From Candidatus Iainarchaeum sp. (GTDB lineage: Archaea; Iainarchaeota; Iainarchaeia; Iainarchaeales; CSSED10-239): a DNA stretch of 11,060 bases. The stretch lies in NCBI GenBank assembly GCA_028693335.1, contig JAQUVR010000015.1:1-11060 (forward strand), in the 5' to 3' direction. The notes beneath the pieces were generated by a model. That model was not told the DNA's origin, ran no database searches, and worked only from the letters and a program-made list of their open reading frames with translations. Below are positions 6,319 to 11,060 of this stretch, piece after piece; position 1 is the stretch's first letter, and each line of letters begins with the position of its first letter. The translations under genes and the position numbers were made by a program.

Positions 6319-6666
6319 ATGGGTAAAGATTCATTAAAAATTAAAGAAAAAATCAACTTTTTATTATCTTTTATAAAAGAAGAATCTGATAAAGACAATC
6401 CTTATATTAAAGAATATTTAATTTTAATTACAGATCTGTCAAAAAAAATAAACTATAGACTACCAAAAAAAGTTCATTTTCTCTTCTGCAAATACTGTTT
6501 TTCTTTAAGAAATGTAGAAAATACAAAGATAAGGCTAATTACCCATAAGAAAAATGGAGTTAGACAGAAATATATTACATTACATTGTAAAGAATGTGGT
6601 AAAATTAAAAAAATAAACCAAACAAAGCTTAAAAATCAGACAAATTTAGGAATATCTAAAAAATAG
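6319..6666 (+). CDS. rnp4: RNase P protein component 4 (Rpp21/Rnp4, Rpr2 family zinc-ribbon protein).
   Basis: Family layout: an N-terminal helical part (INFLLSFIKEE...YIKEYLILITDLSKKINYRLPKKV), then FCKYC...(26 aa)...CKECG, a four-Cys zinc ribbon with the basic strand TKIRLITHKK between the Cys pairs. The ORF track starts at TTG 6310; I prefer ATG 6319. Neither has an SD. The gene sits upstream of S19e. Confidence 0.75.
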   Translation: MGKDSLKIKEKINFLLSFIKEESDKDNPYIKEYLILITDLSKKINYRLPKKVHFLFCKYCFSLRNVENTKIRLITHKKNGVRQKYITLHCKECGKIKKINQTKLKNQTNLGISKK

Positions 6667-6705
6667 CGGGTTTTTTCCTAAATTTTTTATTTTTTTCTGA
6701 TTTTT
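6667..6705 (+). terminator. Oligo-T terminator cluster downstream of rnp4.
   Basis: Four T runs lie directly after the TAG stop at 6664..6666: T6 at 6671..6676, T6 at 6683..6688, T7 at 6690..6696 and T5 at 6701..6705. Confidence 0.5.
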
Positions 6706-6852
6706 CAAAATTAAGCAAAGATATTTAAATAAAACTCTACTATATATTATATATCATTTTAATTCAATAATTTAAATTTTTGAGAGTTGCTTTAGATTAA
6801 AGAATTAAATAAAGAAATTAATTTTATGGCTAAAAAAGCAACAAAAAGTGTA

Positions 6853-6860
6853 TTTATATG
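6853..6860 (+). promoter_or_regulatory. Candidate TATA box (TTTATATG, preceded by a purine-rich BRE-like AAAAAGTG) for the S19e-to-FtsY operon.
   Basis: A TATA centred near 6856 predicts a TSS near 6880-6885. That leaves a 20-25 nt leader holding the SD GAGGTGA (6891..6897) before TTG 6904. All downstream spacers (14-25 nt) are too short for promoters of their own. Confidence 0.35.
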
Positions 6861-6903
6861 CTTTTTTTAAAAAAACATATTTTTAACCTAGAGGTGAATA
6901 ATT

Positions 6904-7416
6904 TTGACAAACGTACACGATGTACCAGCAAATATTTTAATAAAAGAAATCGCTAAAGATTTAAAGAATAACAAAAAAGTAAAAATTCCAGAATATGCAT
7001 TATATGTAAAAACTGGTTGTTCCAAAGAAAGAGCACCACATGACCCTGATTGGTGGTATGTGAGAATGGCTGCTATTTTAAGAAAAAGTTATGTTAATGG
7101 TTTTGTAACTGTTGAAAAGCTTAGAACCTATTTTGGTAGTAAGAAAAACAGAGGAGTAAGACCAGAAAAATTTAGAAAAGCTAGTGGAAAGATTATTAGA
7201 GATTGTTTACAAGATCTAGAAAAATTAGAACTAGTAACTGTTGTTGAAAAAAAAGGCAGAACTGTTTCTCCAAAAGGACAAAAATATATAGACCTTTTAT
7301 GTAAAGAAATTTTAAAAAATGGACTAGATTCATATATTGAGAAAAAAGAAATAAAAATTAAAGAATCAGTCAAAGAAAATATTAAACCAAAGGAAACAAC
7401 AAAGCAAAAAAAATAA
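6904..7416 (+). CDS. rps19e: 30S ribosomal protein S19e.
   Basis: MTNVHDVPANILIKEIAKDLK...VKTGCSKERAPHDPDWWYVRMAAILRKSYVNG...RGVRPEKFRKASGKIIRDCLQDLEKLELV...SPKGQKYID is collinear with archaeal S19e sequences I know (for example the M. jannaschii type VYDVPAD...DWWY.R.ASILRK.Y). The TTG start is supported by a strong SD GAGGTGA at 6891..6897, with a 6-nt spacer. Confidence 0.93.
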   Translation: MTNVHDVPANILIKEIAKDLKNNKKVKIPEYALYVKTGCSKERAPHDPDWWYVRMAAILRKSYVNGFVTVEKLRTYFGSKKNRGVRPEKFRKASGKIIRDCLQDLEKLELVTVVEKKGRTVSPKGQKYIDLLCKEILKNGLDSYIEKKEIKIKESVKENIKPKETTKQKK

Positions 7417-7441
7417 ATATTTTTAGAGGTTGATTAATAAC

Positions 7442-7741
7442 ATGGCAAGAAATAAAGATAGAAAGAAAAAAGAGTTTTTAATAGCTCAAAGAGATAAAGT
7501 AGGACCAGGATATTTAAATACCCCTGTTTGGATTATTCAAAAAGCTGGTAAAAGAATTTGGAATAAAAGACAAAAAAGAAATTGGAAGCAAACAGAATTT
7601 GGTCAAGAATATTTAAAACTTGAAAGAAAAGAACAAGATCAAAAAAAGATTGGATCAAAAACAAGTGGTAAAAGAGTAAAGACTGCTAGATTTAAGGCAA
7701 CACCAAAAGTAAGAAACACCACTATTATAAAAAAAAAATAA
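7442..7741 (+). CDS. rpl39e: 50S ribosomal protein L39e with a C-terminal extension of about 45 aa.
   Basis: MARNKDRKKKEF...NTPVWIIQKAGKRIWNKRQKRNWKQTEF matches the L39e pattern (M.RNKp..KK.rLaka....vP.W...kt......n..rRnWrr). SD GAGGT at 7426..7430 lies 11 nt upstream of ATG 7442. The track start TTG 7430 overlaps the last base of the SD, so I reject it. Confidence 0.85.
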   Translation: MARNKDRKKKEFLIAQRDKVGPGYLNTPVWIIQKAGKRIWNKRQKRNWKQTEFGQEYLKLERKEQDQKKIGSKTSGKRVKTARFKATPKVRNTTIIKKK

Positions 7742-7755
7742 AAGAGTGATATATT

Positions 7756-8235
7756 ATGCCAAGTGATAATTATATAATACCATTAACAAAGGCTCATGAT
7801 GATAAGCCAAGAACAAAAAGAGCAAATGTTGCTGTTAGATTAATATATGATTTTTTGTATAAACATACAAGAAAAGAAAAAAAAGATATATTGATAACAG
7901 AAGAAGTAAATAACTATATTTGGAAAAACAGTATTCAAAATCCTCCAAGAAAAGTAGCAGTAACATTAAAGAAAAAAGATGAAAAATATTATGTTTTTTT
8001 AAAAGATTCAGAAAACTCAAAGAAATTTTCAGTAGAGAAAAAAGAAGATAAGAAAAAAGTAAAAGAAACAAAACCAAAAACAGAAGAAAATATAACTAAA
8101 GATGAAAAACCAAAAGAAATAGTTGCAAAGACAGAAGACAAACCAAAAGCAGAAGTACACAAAACTAAAGACGAAAAGCCAAAAGTAAAAGTTACAAAAG
8201 TTTCTGAAAAAGATAATGTTAAAAAAACAGAATAA
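7756..8235 (+). CDS. rpl31e: 50S ribosomal protein L31e with a C-terminal K/E-rich repeat tail of about 74 aa.
   Basis: YIIPLTKAHDDKPRTKRANVAVRLIYDFLYKHTRKE..ILITEEVNNYIWKNSIQNPPRKVAVTL matches L31e (y.ipLr......r.kRa.rAi..ir.F..kH.k.....i...lN..iW.rGi.nPPrrirV). The SD-like GAGTGAT at 7744..7750 has a 5-nt spacer. Confidence 0.88.
   Translation: MPSDNYIIPLTKAHDDKPRTKRANVAVRLIYDFLYKHTRKEKKDILITEEVNNYIWKNSIQNPPRKVAVTLKKKDEKYYVFLKDSENSKKFSVEKKEDKKKVKETKPKTEENITKDEKPKEIVAKTEDKPKAEVHKTKDEKPKVKVTKVSEKDNVKKTE
8095..8199 (+). repeat. Three in-frame tandem repeats of 33-36 nt inside the L31e tail (TKDEKPKEIVAK / TEDKPKAEVHK / TKDEKPKVKVTK).
   Basis: The units start at 8095, 8131 and 8164. The first 22 nt of units 1 and 3 differ at 2 positions (ACTAAAGATGAAAAACCAAAAG versus ACTAAAGACGAAAAGCCAAAAG). 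Confidence 0.75.
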
Positions 8236-8259
8236 TAAAAAAATATTTGGTGAACAATT

Positions 8260-8928
8260 ATGAAATTAAATAGAGCAACAATATGTAATTCCCCATTTTT
8301 GAATGTTTATTCTTATTGTACTGATAAATTTTGTATTGTTCCAAATAATATTTTAAAAAAAGAAGAAACTATTCTAGAAAAATATTTAGATGTGAAAATA
8401 ATCAAAACACAAATAAATCACAGCCCATTAATTGGAGTTTATTTAACTGGTGTTGATAATAAGATTATTGCGGATAAAAATAGCATCTTTGATAAAGAAA
8501 TCACCCTATTAGAAAAAGAAGGAATAAAGATTAAACTAATTGATGATTATAACGCACTTGGGAATTTAATATCAATAAATAAAAATTATGGTTTTGCTAG
8601 TTCTTTGTTAAAAGATCAAACAATCTCAGAAATAAACAAATTTTTAAAAATAAATATTGAAAAGAAGGCGTGTGTTGATGTTGATGTTCCTGGTAGTGCA
8701 ATATATGTAAATGATTCTTTATTTTTAGTTAATCCAAATATTAAAAAAGCAGAATACGATTATTTGAAAAAAAAATTTGCAGTTCCTGGAATTCCAATAA
8801 CTCTTAATTATGGAGATGTGTTTGTTGGTAATGACTGTATTGGAAATTCAAAAGCACTTTTAGTTGGGCAAACAACAAGTAATATCGAAATGGTAAAAGT
8901 TGATGAATTGATTATTGATTTAAAGTAA
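8260..8928 (+). CDS. eif6: Translation initiation factor 6 (aIF6/eIF6).
   Basis: At 222 aa it is the typical aIF6 length. It shows the pentein-like repeated pattern (NSPFLNVYSYCTDKFCIVP, NHSPLIGVYLTGVDNKII, ALGNLISINKNYGFAS, VPGSAIYVNDSLFLVNP, VFVGNDCIGNSKALLVG). SD GGTGA at 8249..8253 has a 6-nt spacer. It occupies the canonical position after L31e. Confidence 0.88.
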   Translation: MKLNRATICNSPFLNVYSYCTDKFCIVPNNILKKEETILEKYLDVKIIKTQINHSPLIGVYLTGVDNKIIADKNSIFDKEITLLEKEGIKIKLIDDYNALGNLISINKNYGFASSLLKDQTISEINKFLKINIEKKACVDVDVPGSAIYVNDSLFLVNPNIKKAEYDYLKKKFAVPGIPITLNYGDVFVGNDCIGNSKALLVGQTTSNIEMVKVDELIIDLK

Positions 8929-8942
8929 AAAGAGGAATTTTT

Positions 8943-9431
8943 ATGACAAAAACAATTAAAGCAAATGCCACAGATGAAAAAAAACAAAAAGAAGTAAGGT
9001 TAAATGAAAATCAAACCATTGCACTTTATCAGAATAAAGAAAAAGAATTAGACAATTTGTCTAAAAGATTAGAACAAGTTGAAAATATTTTGTCAGAATT
9101 AAATAAAGCAGAACAAACAATTACAGAATTAGAAAAAATAAAAAAAGATGGTAAAATATTACTTCCAATTGGTGGCGGAATAATGCTTGAATGTCAGACC
9201 GAAAAATCAGAAAAATTAAAAGTAATGCTTCCAGGAAATATTTTTACAGAAAAAACCTTGCCAGAAATTAAAGAAGATATAAAAAGTAGAAAAGCTGAGC
9301 TTAATGGAGCAAGAACAAAGTTAGTTGAAGCATATAACAACACAACCCAAACATTAAATCAAATCTCAAAAGCATTACAACAATTAATGGTTATGAAAAA
9401 TAACGCTGCTGACCAGAAAATTGTTAACTAG
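8943..9431 (+). CDS. pfdA: Prefoldin alpha subunit.
   Basis: Coiled-coil N- and C-terminal halves flank a central beta-hairpin region ILLPIGGGIMLECQTEKSEKLKVMLPGNIFTEKTLPEIKEDIKSRKAEL. This matches the alpha-type pattern vLvPlG.g.yv.a.v.d.dkvlV.iGag..vEks..eAie.l. It occupies the canonical position immediately upstream of ftsY. SD AGAGGA at 8931..8936. Confidence 0.72.
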   Translation: MTKTIKANATDEKKQKEVRLNENQTIALYQNKEKELDNLSKRLEQVENILSELNKAEQTITELEKIKKDGKILLPIGGGIMLECQTEKSEKLKVMLPGNIFTEKTLPEIKEDIKSRKAELNGARTKLVEAYNNTTQTLNQISKALQQLMVMKNNAADQKIVN

Positions 9432-9454
9432 TTTTTTTTAAAGGTGTATTTACT

Positions 9455-10966
9455 TTGTTTGATCTATTAAAAAACAAAATAAAATCATTTACTGATAAAG
9501 TATTTGGAAAAGCAAAAGAAAAAGAAATTATTCAAGAAGAAATAATTGAAGACAAAAAACCAATCACTGAATTTTTTGAAGAACCAGAGATAAAAAAAGA
9601 AATTACTGAAGAAATGGATCTGAAAACTAATAAAGATCAAATTCAGCAAGCAGAAGAAATCCCTGATATTAATAAAACTAATTCTCAACAAGTTTTAGAT
9701 GATGATCTATTAGAGGTTTCTACTGGTGATGTTGATAATAGTAATAATCTAATTAAAGAAAATATAAAAGATTTTGATACATTAGAATCATCAAGAAGTG
9801 AGCCTAGTCTAGAATATCCACAAAATAATAAAGACATAGAGCCTTTGTTAGAAGATAATATTAAACAACCAGAAAATTTTATTTCTACAAAAAATATTAA
9901 ATCAAAAGAAACAGTTATTGATCTTAAAAAATCAAAACCAAAAGAAGAAATTGATAAAATAAATTTAGATAAGATTTCTTCAGATTCTAAAAAAGATTTA
10001 TTAGATGAAAAAACGATTTTTCCATCAAAAATTGAAAAATCAGAAGATTCAAATCTTAATATAAAAAAATCCACAGAAGTTAAAAAATCTTTATTTACTT
10101 CAATAAAATCAATCTTTGTAAATAAAATAAAATTATCAGAAAAAGAGATCTCTGATTTTTTAGATGAATTTGAATTTTCATTATTAGAAGCAGATGTTTC
10201 ATTAAAATCTGCACAAGCAATTGTTGATGGTCTAAAACAAAAATTAACTAATTGTTCTTTTTCAAAAGAAAACACTTTAGAAGATATTAGAGAACAAATA
10301 AAAATTGTTTTAAAAGAAGAACTTGATATTGATTGTGATATAGAAAATTATTTTAATAATAAGAAAAAAGAAGATCAACCATTTATTATTTTATTTATTG
10401 GAACAAATGGGGCTGGGAAAACAACAACAATATCAAAACTTGCAAATAAATTAAAATTAGAAAATAAAAGTGTTATCTTAGCATCTAGTGACACCTTTAG
10501 AGCAGGAAGTATTGATCAATTAGAAAAACATGCAAGTAACATAGGTGTAAGAATAGTTAAGCAAACATATGGATCAGATCCTGCTGCTGTTGCATATGAT
10601 GCTGTTTCTGCAGCAAAGGCTAATAATGTAAATTTTGTTTTAATTGATACTGCTGGTAGACAAGAAACAAATTTTAATTTAATGCAGGAATTAAAAAAAA
10701 TAAAAAGAGTTGTTAATCCAAATTTAATTATATATATTGGAGAAGCACAATCTGGTCAAGCAATAACAGAACAAATTCAAAAATTTGATTTAGAAATTGG
10801 TATTGATGGAGTTATTTTAACTAAAATAGACACAGATCCAAAAGGCGGAGTTGCTATATCCATACTAAATGAATTTAAAAAACCAATTTTTTATATCGGA
10901 ACTGGCCAAGAATATAAAGATTTAGAAAAATTCAGTCCAAATTACATAATTGATAGAATCGTTTAA
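9455..10966 (+). CDS. ftsY: Signal recognition particle receptor FtsY, with an expanded acidic/low-complexity N-terminal linker.
   Basis: The NG domain carries GTPase motifs IGTNGAGKTTT (G1), DTFRAGSIDQL, DTAGR (G3), TKIDTD (G4) and GTGQ (G5-like). The N domain shows FSLLEADVSLKSAQAIV. The TTG start at 9455 is supported by SD AGGTG at 9442..9446 and by the canonical archaeal FtsY N-terminus MFDLLKNKIKSF. Confidence 0.93.
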   Translation: MFDLLKNKIKSFTDKVFGKAKEKEIIQEEIIEDKKPITEFFEEPEIKKEITEEMDLKTNKDQIQQAEEIPDINKTNSQQVLDDDLLEVSTGDVDNSNNLIKENIKDFDTLESSRSEPSLEYPQNNKDIEPLLEDNIKQPENFISTKNIKSKETVIDLKKSKPKEEIDKINLDKISSDSKKDLLDEKTIFPSKIEKSEDSNLNIKKSTEVKKSLFTSIKSIFVNKIKLSEKEISDFLDEFEFSLLEADVSLKSAQAIVDGLKQKLTNCSFSKENTLEDIREQIKIVLKEELDIDCDIENYFNNKKKEDQPFIILFIGTNGAGKTTTISKLANKLKLENKSVILASSDTFRAGSIDQLEKHASNIGVRIVKQTYGSDPAAVAYDAVSAAKANNVNFVLIDTAGRQETNFNLMQELKKIKRVVNPNLIIYIGEAQSGQAITEQIQKFDLEIGIDGVILTKIDTDPKGGVAISILNEFKKPIFYIGTGQEYKDLEKFSPNYIIDRIV

Positions 10967-11060
10967 AAATCGTTATATTTTAAATAGATTGTTTCTTAAT
11001 TTTATTAGTATCTTTTTAAAAAATAAAATATGATTTAGGATGAATAAAAAAGGACAATTA

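Noticed and set aside
6826-6870. The 14-codon mini-ORF MAKKATKSVFICFF in the rnp4-rps19e spacer, considered as a stand-alone gene.
   Set aside because: It has no SD, is too short to evaluate, and overlaps the predicted S19e promoter. I kept it only as a detail of the spacer finding.
7128-7373. Minus-strand 81-aa ORF.
   Set aside because: It is antisense to the conserved core of S19e, so it is a shadow ORF.
7640-7738. The L39e tail segment GSKTSGKRVKTARFKATPKV loosely resembles the GS...GKV...TPKV signature I recall from the S30e N-terminus, which would suggest an L39e-S30e fusion.
   Set aside because: Spacing between the motif elements differs from S30e, and the rest of S30e is absent. Short basic motifs match easily by chance. 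Only a profile search could revive the idea.
7835-8077. Minus-strand 80-aa ORF.
   Set aside because: It is antisense to L31e. The Leu/Phe-rich product is the mirror image of the AAA/GAA-rich sense codons.
9485-10275. Minus-strand ORFs 9485..9691 (68 aa) and 9685..10275 (196 aa).
   Set aside because: They lie antisense to the FtsY acidic linker. GAA/AAA/GAT-rich sense codons give stop-free TTC/TTT/ATC antisense frames. Their length is a compositional artefact, although the 196-aa size is eye-catching.
11040-11060. A possible start of a further plus-strand gene (ATG AAT AAA AAA GGA CAA TTA = MNKKGQL...) at the right edge.
   Set aside because: Only 7 codons are visible and there is no clear SD, so it cannot be supported as a feature.
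1-11060. CRISPR arrays, rRNA genes, introns in the tRNAs, inteins and stop-codon recoding.
   Set aside because: There are no regularly spaced direct repeats and no GC-rich structured islands apart from the two tRNAs. Both tRNAs fold without introns. All conserved proteins are collinear with their families using the standard code, with no in-frame stops.

Overview
This is a very AT-rich archaeal chromosome segment, roughly a quarter to 30% GC by eye. The taxonomic call rests on archaea-specific genes (Hjc, archaeal DnaG, Rpp21, S19e/L39e/L31e, aIF6, prefoldin alpha). The compact layout and low-complexity protein expansions suggest a small-genome, possibly DPANN-like lineage, but that is inference only. 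Left part: a 3'-truncated Holliday junction resolvase gene hjc (minus strand, absent from the ORF track), an orphan 78-aa ORF, and an unusually long archaeal DnaG. Middle part, all envelope-related: a small 2-TM protein with a poly-Lys tail, tRNA-Val(UAC), an SdpI/DUF1648-like polytopic membrane protein, a 600-aa secreted and C-terminally anchored transglutaminase-fold protein, and tRNA-Gly(GCC). Right part: RNase P subunit Rpp21/Rnp4 directly abutting tRNA-Gly, then the conserved archaeal translation cluster S19e-L39e-L31e-aIF6-PfdA-FtsY. That cluster is packed as one operon with 14-25 nt spacers and a Shine-Dalgarno-like motif before every gene. I see no CRISPR array, transposase, integrase or recognisable defence or toxin-antitoxin system, and I cannot honestly point to a clear-cut new system. 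The items most worth a second look are: (1) the tRNA-Gly/rpp21 arrangement, which implies co-transcription; (2) the divergent SdpI-like/transglutaminase-like envelope pair sharing a palindromic control region; (3) an SdpI-like mRNA that probably carries a full antisense tRNA-Val; (4) a 21-bp palindrome over the dnaG ribosome-binding region; (5) large low-complexity insertions and tails in DnaG, FtsY, L39e and L31e.
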